Shown piece after piece: positions 17,628 to 26,350 of a stretch of 26,350 nucleotides of DNA. Source of the DNA: Candidatus Eiseniibacteriota bacterium (GTDB taxonomy: Bacteria > Eisenbacteria > RBG-16-71-46); assembly GCA_031370785.1 (NCBI GenBank), contig JANMQY010000139.1, positions 1 through 26,350 on the forward strand. The letters run 5' to 3'. Numbering within the stretch: position 1 is the first letter of the stretch; the number at the start of each line of letters is the position of its first letter. Both the position numbers and the translations under genes were made by a program. Below the pieces are notes generated by a model, which saw only the letters and a program-made list of their open reading frames with translations, ran no database searches and was not told where the DNA came from.

Positions 17628-19051
17628 TCCACCCCTCCGATCGAGAATCGCAAGCGGGTCGTTTCCGAGCTCCAGTCGAATCCCACCATCGCGAATGGGG
17701 CGAACTCGGTGCGGAAACGCAGCGCGGCTCCGAAAGAGGTCTCGAACGACGTCATCTGCGCCCTGCCGAGATCCGGATACACCCCGCCGGTTTCGGTATG
17801 GAGGTCGAACTCGAGATTCTTCACCAGCGGGTAGATGTAGGAGAGCTTGCCGACGATGAGATCGAGGTCGCGGAAGCGGCCGGGGTCGAATCCCGCGAGG
17901 CCCCCAGCGCCACCAAGCGATGCCAGGTCACTGACGAGGAAAGTGCCGCCGCCCGTGTCCAGCCTCTGGTCGACCGCCGTGACCTCGAGCCGCAGCGTGC
18001 GAGGATCGCGCCCGAATGATGCGCCGGCTTCGGCGCGATAGGTCATGCGACTGAACGAACGGGCGCGGCTGTGCGCGTCCTTGAGCGCGAGCGCTTCGAT
18101 CGACCGGTCGTAGCGCTCGGCCTCGATCGACGCGTGCCAGCCGCGTGACCAGTGAGGCATGCCCGAGCGCGCATCGTGAGAAAGCCGCGCGCCATAGGTG
18201 AGGTGTTCGACGCGCCGGTCGATCGAGCCCGAGGCCTCGGTCGGATGGACCACCTCGAATGAAGGACGGTCGGAGTCCCGGCCTCTGGTCACGAATGTCA
18301 CACGTGGGCCCGCCCATGCGCTGACCTGTGTGGCCGGAACCGGCGCCAGCGTGTCGGTTGCAATCAGGGATTGGAATCCCTGGAGCTTGGTCGCGCTTCC
18401 GCTCGGGGGCCACGATACGAACAGCTTCGCGGACTCCGAGCGAGCGGCGTAGGCCGACGCCCCCGAGCGTGGCGCGCCGAGCCCGGGCCCGAAGTAGGGC
18501 TCGCGCGGACGCCATTCCGAGGTGTAGATCGCGTTGAGCGGGCCGGCGAGCGCGCCGACGCGCTCGCGGTTGTACTGGTTCGTGGTCGCGGCGACCTCGC
18601 CGAACAGATGGCGACCGATCTGAGGTGGCTGCCAGCGCGCCTCGCCTCCCAGCCCGGCGCGATCACCGAGCGAGGCGGGGGCCACCGAGACCCCGAGCGC
18701 CCCCTGTCGCGCAAACAGGAGGAGAGCCCTGGCGACGAGGTCCGCCTGCTCCGTGTAGACCATGGTCTGCTCGGCGGCGCGATTCAACACGGTGAGCGGA
18801 AGCGTCACGACCTGCCCGGGAAACCTCATCGCCATCTCCCAGGGCTTGGCGGCGGGCACGGGCTCGCGAGGGATCGAATCCGTGGGGGCCACAGGTGGCC
18901 TGCGTGGCGGCGGATTCCATGGCGGAGCGGTGGATGCGCGCAGGCTCCGGCCCGCGTAAGAGGAGTCGCTCCCGGCTGCCATCGCTGGTTCCGGCAACGC
19001 GATCAAGGCGAGCGGGAGCGCCAGGCCGGTCAGAAGACGGGAGACGGTCAT
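17624..19051 (-). CDS. BamA/TamA (Omp85)-like outer-membrane protein (475 aa)
   Basis: Signal peptide; LGGAGGLAGFDPGRFRD resembling the Omp85 loop-6 LGG...(L)RG(F/Y) motif; C-terminal strands ETGGV, SFGAALRF, RLRFSIGG. Confidence 0.7.
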   Translation of the reverse strand: MTVSRLLTGLALPLALIALPEPAMAAGSDSSYAGRSLRASTAPPWNPPPRRPPVAPTDSIPREPVPAAKPWEMAMRFPGQVVTLPLTVLNRAAEQTMVYTEQADLVARALLLFARQGALGVSVAPASLGDRAGLGGEARWQPPQIGRHLFGEVAATTNQYNRERVGALAGPLNAIYTSEWRPREPYFGPGLGAPRSGASAYAARSESAKLFVSWPPSGSATKLQGFQSLIATDTLAPVPATQVSAWAGPRVTFVTRGRDSDRPSFEVVHPTEASGSIDRRVEHLTYGARLSHDARSGMPHWSRGWHASIEAERYDRSIEALALKDAHSRARSFSRMTYRAEAGASFGRDPRTLRLEVTAVDQRLDTGGGTFLVSDLASLGGAGGLAGFDPGRFRDLDLIVGKLSYIYPLVKNLEFDLHTETGGVYPDLGRAQMTSFETSFGAALRFRTEFAPFAMVGFDWSSETTRLRFSIGGVE

Positions 19052-19231
19052 GGAAGACCACTATCCGGGAAACCGCGTCCAAGTCAACCCGGGAATCGGC
19101 GGCGCAGGCCGGGCCGAGAGGGGCGTCCCGCATTTCGCGCACAAGCTCGCTGGGAGCGCTGCGCCCGATCGCATAGGATGACGCGGCGTCATCCCACATC
19201 TCTTGGCGAACGGCCGGGGCACATCGAACCC

Positions 19232-20281
19232 ATGCGTGAGTGGCTGAGCCAGGCGCTCGAGCAGACGAGAGCCGCATTCGTCGCGCTCCTGCTGGGTGCG
19301 CTCCTGCTCTACGCGCTGTGGCCGTGGCTCTCGGGTCACGCGCGCGCCTCGGCGCCGCGCACCCTGGTGTTCTACGGCTTCAGCATTCTGGACCATGCGA
19401 TCACGCGCGACGTCTTCCCCGCGTTCCAGAGGCGCTGGCTCGCGCGCACCGGCGAGAACATCGAGTTGATCTCTTCGTTCGCCGGCTCGGGCACGGTCAC
19501 CAATCAGATCATCATGGGCGTTCCGGTGCAGCTCGCTTTGCTCGCGCTCGAGGCCGACGCCGTAAGGCTTGCGGATGCCGGTGACGTCGCACCCGGGAGC
19601 TGGCTTCCGCTGCCCTACTACGGCGTGGTGAATCGCACCCCGATCGTGATCCTGGTGCGTTCGGGAAATCCGAAGGGCATCCACGACTTCGCGGATCTCG
19701 CCCGTCCGGGCGTGCGCGTCGTGCATCCCGACCCGCTCACCTCGGGCGCCGCGAACTGGGCGATCCTGGCCGAATACGGCGCGGGGGCCCGCGCGCACCC
19801 CGGCGATCCCGACGCGGGGCACGATCTGCTGCTCGGAATCTGGAAGAACGTGGTCGCACAGGCCGCATCGGCGCGTGCCGCGCGCACTCAGTTCGACCTC
19901 GGCTTCGGTGACGCGCTGATCACCTATGAGCAGGAGGGACTCTGGGACCGCGCGCGCGGCCGACTGCACGGCGAGATCGTGTATCCTCGCAGCACCATCT
20001 TCACCGAGCACACGCTGGTCGTCGTCTCGAAGAACGTCGCGAGCAACGATCGCGCGCTGGTCGACAGCCTGGTTGCGTTCCTGTGGTCGGTGCCGGCGCA
20101 GCAGATGTTCGTTCGTAACGGTTTTCGTAGCGTGAACCAGAGTCTGGCGGATGCCGACACGACTTTCCACAGGATCGAGGACCCGTTCTTCGTCGCCGAT
20201 CTCGGCGGATGGGAGCGCGCCCGCCCTGGGATCGTCGAAGGCGTGTGGCGCCGGCGCGTGTTGAAGGAGCTGGGCCGATGA
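19232..20281 (+). CDS. sbp: Sulfate/thiosulfate ABC transporter substrate-binding protein (Sbp/CysP family)
   Basis: SSFAGSG, LVRSGNPKGIHDFADL, PDPLTSGAANW, GDALITYEQE, DLGGW; N-terminal hydrophobic segment. Confidence 0.87.
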   Translation: MREWLSQALEQTRAAFVALLLGALLLYALWPWLSGHARASAPRTLVFYGFSILDHAITRDVFPAFQRRWLARTGENIELISSFAGSGTVTNQIIMGVPVQLALLALEADAVRLADAGDVAPGSWLPLPYYGVVNRTPIVILVRSGNPKGIHDFADLARPGVRVVHPDPLTSGAANWAILAEYGAGARAHPGDPDAGHDLLLGIWKNVVAQAASARAARTQFDLGFGDALITYEQEGLWDRARGRLHGEIVYPRSTIFTEHTLVVVSKNVASNDRALVDSLVAFLWSVPAQQMFVRNGFRSVNQSLADADTTFHRIEDPFFVADLGGWERARPGIVEGVWRRRVLKELGR

Positions 20282-21126
20282 GAGAGTCGGACGAGGCCCC
20301 GCTGGATCCGCCGATCGTCCGCGCCCCGAGCCCCGGCGTGTTCGTGCCGGTCGGGCTGCTGGTCCTCGTGCTGCTGCCGCTGCTGATGATGCCGCTCGCG
20401 GCGGTGTTCGTGTTCGCGTTCCGCGGCGGCACCGATGCGTTCCGCGAGGCCCTGGCGGGGAAGGAATCCCAGTTCGCGCTTCGCTTCAGCCTGTTGATCG
20501 CGTTCGCGACCGCGGCGGTGAACTCCGTGCTCGGCACGTTCGCGGCCTACGTGCTGAGCAAGTTCCGCTTCCCCGGGCGCGGCGCGCTCACCACCATCGT
20601 CAATCTGCCGATCGCGATCCCGACCGTGGTGGTCGGCACCTCGCTGCTGCTGCTGTGGGGGCCGATCGGGTTGCTGGGCCGCACCCTGGAGCCGCTCGGG
20701 CTGCAGCCGATGTTTGCTCCGATCGGAGTTCTGCTCGCGCACCTGTTCGTGACCTTCCCCTACATGCTCGGCACCGTGAAGCCGCTGCTCGACGAGCTCG
20801 AGGTCACGTATGAAGAGGCCGCGGCGACGATCGGGGCTTCGCGCATGCAGACCTTCTGGCACGTCACGCTGCCCGCGCTGCGCGGCAGCATCTTCACCGG
20901 AGCGCTGCTCACCTTCGCGCATTCGCTCGGGGAGTTCGGGGCGACGGTGCTGGTGTCGGGCAACCTGCGCCTGCGCACGCAGACCGCTCCGCTCTACATC
21001 TTCGCGCAGTTCGAGGCGGGCAATCTCGCCGCGGCCAATGCGGTCGCGGCGGTGCTCGCCACGCTGTCGTTCGTCATCTTCTTCCTGCTGCTCAACATGA
21101 CCCGGCGCGCAGAGCGCCACACGTGA
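20278..21126 (+). CDS. cysT: Sulfate ABC transporter permease (CysT/CysW family)
   Basis: ATGA overlap with sbp; FRFPGR, LPIAIPTVVVG, EEAAATIGAS EAA motif, SLGEFGA. Confidence 0.87.
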   Translation: MRESDEAPLDPPIVRAPSPGVFVPVGLLVLVLLPLLMMPLAAVFVFAFRGGTDAFREALAGKESQFALRFSLLIAFATAAVNSVLGTFAAYVLSKFRFPGRGALTTIVNLPIAIPTVVVGTSLLLLWGPIGLLGRTLEPLGLQPMFAPIGVLLAHLFVTFPYMLGTVKPLLDELEVTYEEAAATIGASRMQTFWHVTLPALRGSIFTGALLTFAHSLGEFGATVLVSGNLRLRTQTAPLYIFAQFEAGNLAAANAVAAVLATLSFVIFFLLLNMTRRAERHT

Positions 21127-21174
21127 CGCGCCTCGCTTTGATCCCGCGCGGTTTCCGCGGCCGGCCACGGGCAC

Positions 21175-23064
21175 ATGTCCATACGCATTGAGAATCTCGA
21201 CAAGCGCTTCGGCGCTCAGGTCGTGCTCGAGCGGATCTCGCTCGAGGTGGCCGAGGGCGAGCTGTTCGTGCTGCTCGGCGCGAGCGGCAGCGGCAAGAGC
21301 ACGCTGCTGCGCGTGGTCGCCGGGCTCACCATGCCGGATCGAGGCCGGGTGCTGCTGGACGGGCGCGATGTGACCACGCTGCGCGCGCAGCAACGCGGCA
21401 CCGGGTTCGTGTTCCAGAACTACTCGGTCTTCCGCCACATGAGCGTCGGGCAGAACATCGAGTTCGGACTCAAGCTGCGCAAGGTCCCGCGCGCCGAGCG
21501 CGCGCGGCGCTGCGACCAGCTCCTCGATCTGGTCGGCCTGCCGGGATTCGGCAGCCGCGATGCCGCGCAGCTCTCGGGCGGACAGCAGCAGCGGGTCGCG
21601 ATCGCCCGCGCGCTGGCCTACGAGCCGCGGGTGCTGCTGCTCGACGAACCGTTCGGCGCGCTCGACGTGCGGATCCGCACCCAGCTGCGCCGGAGCCTGC
21701 GCGAGATCCAGGAGCGGCTGCGCATCACCACGGTGCTGGTCACGCACGATCAGGACGAAGCGTTCGAGCTGGCCGATCGCGTCGGGCTCATGGACCGCGG
21801 CCGCTTGATCGAGGTCGGCCGCGCCGAGGAGCTGTACGCGCGCCCGCGCACACTGTTCGGCGCCACGTTCCTCGGCAGCGGCACGCTGCTGATGGGGCGC
21901 GTCGAGGCGGGCCGCGCGAGGTTTCGCGGCCTCGGACTCTCGGTCGTCCCCGATCAGCCTCACGAGGACGGCGCGCCCGCGCACCTGCTGGTGCGCCCCG
22001 AGGATCTACAGGTCTCATCGGATGCGATCCCCGACGATCTGCCGGAGCTCGGGAGGGGAACCGTGGTCGAGGAGAGCTTCGCGGGCGCGGTCCGGCGCGT
22101 GCGCATCCGGTTTCCGAATCGCGCCGAGGTGCATCAGGCCTCCTCGTCGCGCTCCGACTCGGACGGATTCACGGTCGAAGCCCTGCTCACCGTTCACGAA
22201 CAGCTTCCCGACGGCGAGGTCCGCGTCGCGCTGCGCCGCTGGCATTTCCTCGATCCACCCTCGGCCTCGCTGCTGGTCGCCGATCCCGGGCACGGCTCGA
22301 TCGTTGCGCTCGAGTTGGCGCGCGCGCTCTCCCAGGCACTCGGTGCGAAGGTGACCGTGCTCGGGGTCGCCGTGGACGCGCGTCAGGCCGGGGGTCTGGG
22401 CTGGCGCATCCAGCGCCGCCTGACGCGCGCGCACCTCGCCTCGGGCGAGCTGCGTGTGCGCTACGGCAGCAGCCCATCCGCGCAGATTCTCAACGAGCAA
22501 GCGGAGCTGCTCAGCCAGATGATCGTCGTCTCGTCATCTTCCGTACTCCATCCGCTCATCGACTGGGCGTTTCCGGGCAAGGCGATGCGCCGGGCGCCAG
22601 GCCGCACCGTTCTCGCGCTGATCGAGAGCACCCGCGTCCCGGTGCTGGTGGTGGCGGGACGTCCGCGCGAGCTGAAACACACGCTGGTGGTCTCGACCCC
22701 TGGCGCCGCGGAAACCGATTTCCTGCGCGAGAGCGCCCGGCTGGCTCGCCCCCTGAAACTGGCGGCGACACTGATCGAGACGGGAGAGGAGCGTCAGATG
22801 GCGCGGGGCGAAGATCCATTTGTCGCGCGCGGCATCGAGGTCCGCACCCGCGAGCGCGTGACCGCGCCGGACCCGGGATCGGAGGCGACTGCGCTGCTGC
22901 AATTCCCCTCGGACCTGTTGACGGTGCCGGTGATACGGCGCGCCCCGCATCAGACGAACGAAATCGAACCGCTGGTCGCCGCGCTGCTGGCCTCGGCCGA
23001 CCGGCCGGTGCTGGTGCTACCCGTGGAACGAACCGAGACCTACACCACGACCCGGTCGGACTAG
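21175..23064 (+). CDS. cysA: Sulfate-type ABC ATPase (CysA-like) with C-terminal tandem USP-like domains (629 aa)
   Basis: GASGSGKST, LSGGQQQR, LLLDEPFGALD, VTHDQ; after ~22260 two alpha/beta units ending in TRVPVLVV and ADRPVLVL. Confidence 0.85.
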   Translation: MSIRIENLDKRFGAQVVLERISLEVAEGELFVLLGASGSGKSTLLRVVAGLTMPDRGRVLLDGRDVTTLRAQQRGTGFVFQNYSVFRHMSVGQNIEFGLKLRKVPRAERARRCDQLLDLVGLPGFGSRDAAQLSGGQQQRVAIARALAYEPRVLLLDEPFGALDVRIRTQLRRSLREIQERLRITTVLVTHDQDEAFELADRVGLMDRGRLIEVGRAEELYARPRTLFGATFLGSGTLLMGRVEAGRARFRGLGLSVVPDQPHEDGAPAHLLVRPEDLQVSSDAIPDDLPELGRGTVVEESFAGAVRRVRIRFPNRAEVHQASSSRSDSDGFTVEALLTVHEQLPDGEVRVALRRWHFLDPPSASLLVADPGHGSIVALELARALSQALGAKVTVLGVAVDARQAGGLGWRIQRRLTRAHLASGELRVRYGSSPSAQILNEQAELLSQMIVVSSSSVLHPLIDWAFPGKAMRRAPGRTVLALIESTRVPVLVVAGRPRELKHTLVVSTPGAAETDFLRESARLARPLKLAATLIETGEERQMARGEDPFVARGIEVRTRERVTAPDPGSEATALLQFPSDLLTVPVIRRAPHQTNEIEPLVAALLASADRPVLVLPVERTETYTTTRSD

Positions 23065-23711
23065 TATTGCGGGAATCGTATGCCGAGCGAGACGACGATC
23101 GCCTTGGGATTGTCGCCGCTCTTCCACACATCTCCGTCGCGAGTCAGCGCCTGGTGGTAGTCGCTGCTCAGGATGACGTCGACGCCCTTGATCGCGGGGT
23201 AGGAGAGACCCGCGCCTCCGAGGAAGGCGAAATCCTTCTGGTACTGCGAGAGGACGAGCGGAGGATCGAAGATGTCCAGCTCGGCCTTGGCGGTGTGCGA
23301 GGTGACACCGACTCCGGATTCGACGTACATCCCGAGCTTCCACCACGGCAGCCGACCGCGATACTGCAGGACGGCGTGGACGGGAACCGATGTCAGCTTG
23401 CGCCGAACGATTGCACCCGGATACAGCGGGAAGACGTCACTCTTCTCGTTCTGATAGATCCCGGTTCGAACTCCGAACACGAAATGGCTGGTGAGCCCCA
23501 GCGAGGCGCCGACCATGAAGCCTGGCCCCGGGCCCTCGCTGTACACGCGCGACGCCGCGATATTGCCGTAGGAGGGGTACTTCCCCACGGGACCCGCCCC
23601 GACTCCATCCACCTGGAACTGGAGTCCGGGTTTGATGGCGGCGAACGCGGCGGCGGGTGCGGCGAGTGCAGCCACTCCGAGCATCAGGTTGAACCACTTC
23701 TTCAAACGCAT
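23061..23711 (-). CDS. Small outer-membrane beta-barrel protein (OmpA/OmpW-like barrel, 216 aa)
   Basis: RBS GGGAGG; signal peptide ending AAFA; strands VPVHAVLQYR, YVESGVG, GGAGLSY, VSLGIRF. Confidence 0.8.
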   Translation of the reverse strand: MRLKKWFNLMLGVAALAAPAAAFAAIKPGLQFQVDGVGAGPVGKYPSYGNIAASRVYSEGPGPGFMVGASLGLTSHFVFGVRTGIYQNEKSDVFPLYPGAIVRRKLTSVPVHAVLQYRGRLPWWKLGMYVESGVGVTSHTAKAELDIFDPPLVLSQYQKDFAFLGGAGLSYPAIKGVDVILSSDYHQALTRDGDVWKSGDNPKAIVVSLGIRFPQY

Positions 23712-23884
23712 GAATTCCTCCCATGGAATCGCGGCACGATACCCCAGCAACGCACGGAGGTGAACGAAGATTGCGCCAACGCATCCCTGTCCTCCCCGAA
23801 ACGGAAGGGAATCTGATGGAGAGAGGGCGGGAATCTGGTACGGTTTCGACCCGTTGTCGAACGCCGCAAACGGAGAATGGATGC

Positions 23885-24346
23885 ATGTCGGAAATCATTC
23901 GCATCACCGAGCAGCTGCGTCGCGCTCATGAAGGGGAAGCGTGGCACGGACCCTCGGTGCGAGAAGCGCTCCTGAAGGTTTCCGCCGCGAAGGCGGCGGC
24001 AAAACCGATCCCCAGCGCCCATAGCATCTGGGAGATCACGCTGCACATCATCTCGTGGGACGACGCGGTGCGGCGCTGGCTCGCCGGTCAAAACTTCCCG
24101 TCCACCGACATCGACGACTGGCCCGCCATCCCGGACACGAGCGAGGCCGAGTGGGCGGAGACGGTCGCCAGGCTCGAAGCGGGGCAGCGCGCGCTTCGTG
24201 CGGTGGTGGCCGACTTCGACGCGAGCAATCTCATGCGGACGCCGCCGGGCAAGACCAACTCGCCCTACGTGCTGATGCTCGGCATCATCCAGCACGCGAT
24301 CTACCACGCGGGACAGATCTCGCTGCTCAGGAAGGCTGGGGCGTGA
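23885..24346 (+). CDS. DinB family protein (153 aa)
   Basis: RBS GGAG; AWHGPS, HSIWEITLH, HAIYHAGQI. Confidence 0.9.
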   Translation: MSEIIRITEQLRRAHEGEAWHGPSVREALLKVSAAKAAAKPIPSAHSIWEITLHIISWDDAVRRWLAGQNFPSTDIDDWPAIPDTSEAEWAETVARLEAGQRALRAVVADFDASNLMRTPPGKTNSPYVLMLGIIQHAIYHAGQISLLRKAGA

Positions 24347-25062
24347 GGCCAGGGATCTCGCGCGCAGGCTTCGGCCTCGTGCTCGTCGCGTGGCTCGCCG
24401 TCTCCGTCTGCTGCGCGCGGCGCGAGCAGCCGGGCCCGTCGCCGCCCGCCGCGCATGCCGAGGTCGATACGCTGGTCGCGGCGAATGCGGCGCAGCTCGC
24501 GGAGTGGGTTTCACAGTGGCGGAGCGCGGCTCCGGAGTTCGAGCTCGCCCTGCTCCAGAAGAACGGACCCGCGCCTTTCACGCTTCTCGACATCGTGGCC
24601 TACAGACCGCGCGATCCTCGCGAGCGCGAGAGACGCCTGCGCTACGGGGTCTTCGCGCCGGATTCGACCCGGTTCATCGATCCCGACATCTATCGCTCGA
24701 TCGGGATCGGGACCGGCGGAGCGCCGATGATCGAGCGCGACGCGAACTCCGCCCCGCGACTCGTGGACCTCGCCACCCAAAGTGCGACGCGCCTTCTCGA
24801 CTGCGGCACCGCATGCGGAAACAGCGATGCCTTCTGGATTGACCGGCTTCGCTTCGTACTCGTGGGCTGGAGCGAAGCGGACACGCTCGGGAACATCCGC
24901 GCGGAGCTCCGGTTCTACGATCTCGGCAACGGAATGGTCACGACCTTCTACTCGCCATTGGTGAGCCGCGACGCGTTCGTGCATTACCTCGCGGCCAGCG
25001 ATTCGGCCGTGCTGCGCCGTGACGCCATGCGGGCGCAGGGCCAGACCCCACGCGGGACTTGA
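24343..25062 (+). CDS. Hypothetical exported/lipoprotein (239 aa)
   Basis: GTGA overlap with the DinB stop; hydrophobic N-terminus ending AVSVCC; CGTAC motif. Confidence 0.65.
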   Translation: MRPGISRAGFGLVLVAWLAVSVCCARREQPGPSPPAAHAEVDTLVAANAAQLAEWVSQWRSAAPEFELALLQKNGPAPFTLLDIVAYRPRDPRERERRLRYGVFAPDSTRFIDPDIYRSIGIGTGGAPMIERDANSAPRLVDLATQSATRLLDCGTACGNSDAFWIDRLRFVLVGWSEADTLGNIRAELRFYDLGNGMVTTFYSPLVSRDAFVHYLAASDSAVLRRDAMRAQGQTPRGT

Positions 25063-25325
25063 AGTCCCACACGGAACGTATGGCGCCCTAACCGCTTAGG
25101 CATACCTGCATTCGTCGCCTCATCGCTCTGGCGAGAAACTGATGTGGGCATTCCGGCCATGCCGGGCGCACACTGGTTCCGTCCCGCGAGACTGATCTCG
25201 AGGGCAGGACGCCCCCTGGCTCCACAGAGTCCGTGAGACCATCCGCGACAATCTCCGACATTTCGATGGCAGGGCCCGCGATGTCATCTCATGCACGTCC
25301 CATCAGATCGACGAGCAGGTAGTCC

Positions 25326-26350
25326 ATGATCGGCAGCACGATCGGGCGCTACCAGGTTCTCGCGAAGCTCGGCCAGGGCGGGATGGGCTCGGTGTGGAAG
25401 TGCCGCGACACGGTCCTCGACCGCACCGTCGCGCTCAAGCTGCTGCCCGACTCCCACGCCGCCGCAGGCGATGCGCGCCGCCGATTCCTGCGCGAGGCGC
25501 GAGCTGCCTCACGACTCGACCATCCGGGAGTGGCGCGTGTCTACGACGCGAGCGAAATCGACGGCCGGATGTACATCGCCATCGAGTGCGTCGACGGCGA
25601 GACCGTGAGCGAGCTGCTGACCCGTGGCCCGCTCGCACCACTCGACGCGCTGCGCATTGCCCACGCGGCGGCCGAAGCGCTCGCCCACGCGCACGAGCGC
25701 GGCATCCTCCATCGTGACGTGAGCTCGCGCAACGTGATGGTCGCGCGCGATGGCCGGGTGGTGCTGGTCGACTTCGGCCTCGCGTTGCGCGACGGCACTT
25801 CGCGTCTCACCTCGAGCGGCAGCACTCTCGGCACCGCCGCCTACCTGGCCCCCGAGCTGATCCTCGGCCGCCGCTGCAATCCGCAGAGCGACGTCTACGG
25901 ACTCGGCGTCGTCTTCTACGAAATGCTGACCGGCACCCTGCCGTTCCGCGGCGAGCGCCCCGAAGCGCTGCTGTACGCGACCGTCAACGAGCGGTTCGAG
26001 CCGCCGAGCGCCCGCCAGTCGGGGCTCCCCGCGGGAGTCGATGAGATCGCGGCCCGTGCGCTGGCCCGCGAGCCCGCCGACCGATTCGCGGCAGCAGCGG
26101 CATTTGCGAAGGCGCTGCGCGCACTCGATGAAAGCGTGGTCGAGCGCGTACCGGCCTCGACGCCGCGCCCGCCGCATGCGGGCAGCAACCCGCAGCGCTC
26201 GCCGGGCGCGACGCCTCTCACCTGGGGCGAGAGCATGGCGGCGCCGTGCTACCTCGCGGTGATCCCGTTCACCGACCCGGGCGCGGGGGAGGGCGATGCC
26301 CGTCAGCTGTTCTCGCTCGGCGTCACCGAGTCGGTGAGCGCACAGCTCGG
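25326..26350 (+). CDS. Hanks-type Ser/Thr protein kinase, partial (runs off window; absent from ORF track)
   Basis: MIGSTIGRYQVLAKLGQGGMGSVW, VALKLL, RFLREA, HRDVSSRN, DFGLA, GTAAYLAPE, SDVYGLG; then LAVIPF, typical of the TolB-like domain that often follows. Confidence 0.93.
   Translation, partial: MIGSTIGRYQVLAKLGQGGMGSVWKCRDTVLDRTVALKLLPDSHAAAGDARRRFLREARAASRLDHPGVARVYDASEIDGRMYIAIECVDGETVSELLTRGPLAPLDALRIAHAAAEALAHAHERGILHRDVSSRNVMVARDGRVVLVDFGLALRDGTSRLTSSGSTLGTAAYLAPELILGRRCNPQSDVYGLGVVFYEMLTGTLPFRGERPEALLYATVNERFEPPSARQSGLPAGVDEIAARALAREPADRFAAAAAFAKALRALDESVVERVPASTPRPPHAGSNPQRSPGATPLTWGESMAAPCYLAVIPFTDPGAGEGDARQLFSLGVTESVSAQL

Noticed and set aside
18371..19231. Long N-terminal extension of the sulfate-binding protein (636-aa ORF)
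   Set aside because: Antisense to the Omp85-like gene and R/G/P-rich; a shadow frame.
19924..21984. 686-aa minus-strand ORF and similar long antisense ORFs (5760-7115, 12980-14077, 10783-11949)
   Set aside because: Shadow ORFs of real genes in high-GC DNA, with no recognisable motifs.
25130..25320. Possible ribozyme or riboswitch (GAAACTGATG and small hairpins)
   Set aside because: No complete hammerhead core or recognisable riboswitch consensus could be assembled.
325..26350. attR direct repeat of the tRNA 3' end
   Set aside because: By eye only short GC-rich matches (e.g. GGGGCCACC near 18677, inside a CDS) were found, as expected by chance.

Overview
GC-rich bacterial window. The FG-GAP/FlgD-Ig secreted protein, outer-membrane barrels and Hanks kinase suggest a diderm, possibly Ca. 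Eisenbacteria-like host (inference only). At the left end an intact tRNA-Arg(CCT) sits between two convergent, paralogous tyrosine recombinase genes. Divergent from the second recombinase is the most interesting locus: a ScyA-like ThDP enzyme followed by one ORF fusing a full ScyC-like cyclase/decarboxylase to a CYP134-like cytochrome P450, with no scyB. This looks like a compact, possibly mobile, non-cyanobacterial scytonemin-type pathway with a built-in oxidase. A second hidden feature is a probable selenoprotein lipoprotein (thioredoxin-like U-x-x-C read through TGA 10921, followed by a SECIS-like hairpin) that the ORF track splits in two. The rest contains a BBE-like FAD oxidase, a cofactor-free haloperoxidase-type hydrolase, a frameshifted FG-GAP gene, two DinB proteins, a TPR-zincin, ribA, outer-membrane proteins, an Omp85-like/kinase-like pair, a sulfate-type ABC transporter whose ATPase has tandem USP-like domains, several short gene remnants and a partial Ser/Thr kinase. 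All family calls come from motif reading and recalled family sequences; no searches were run.
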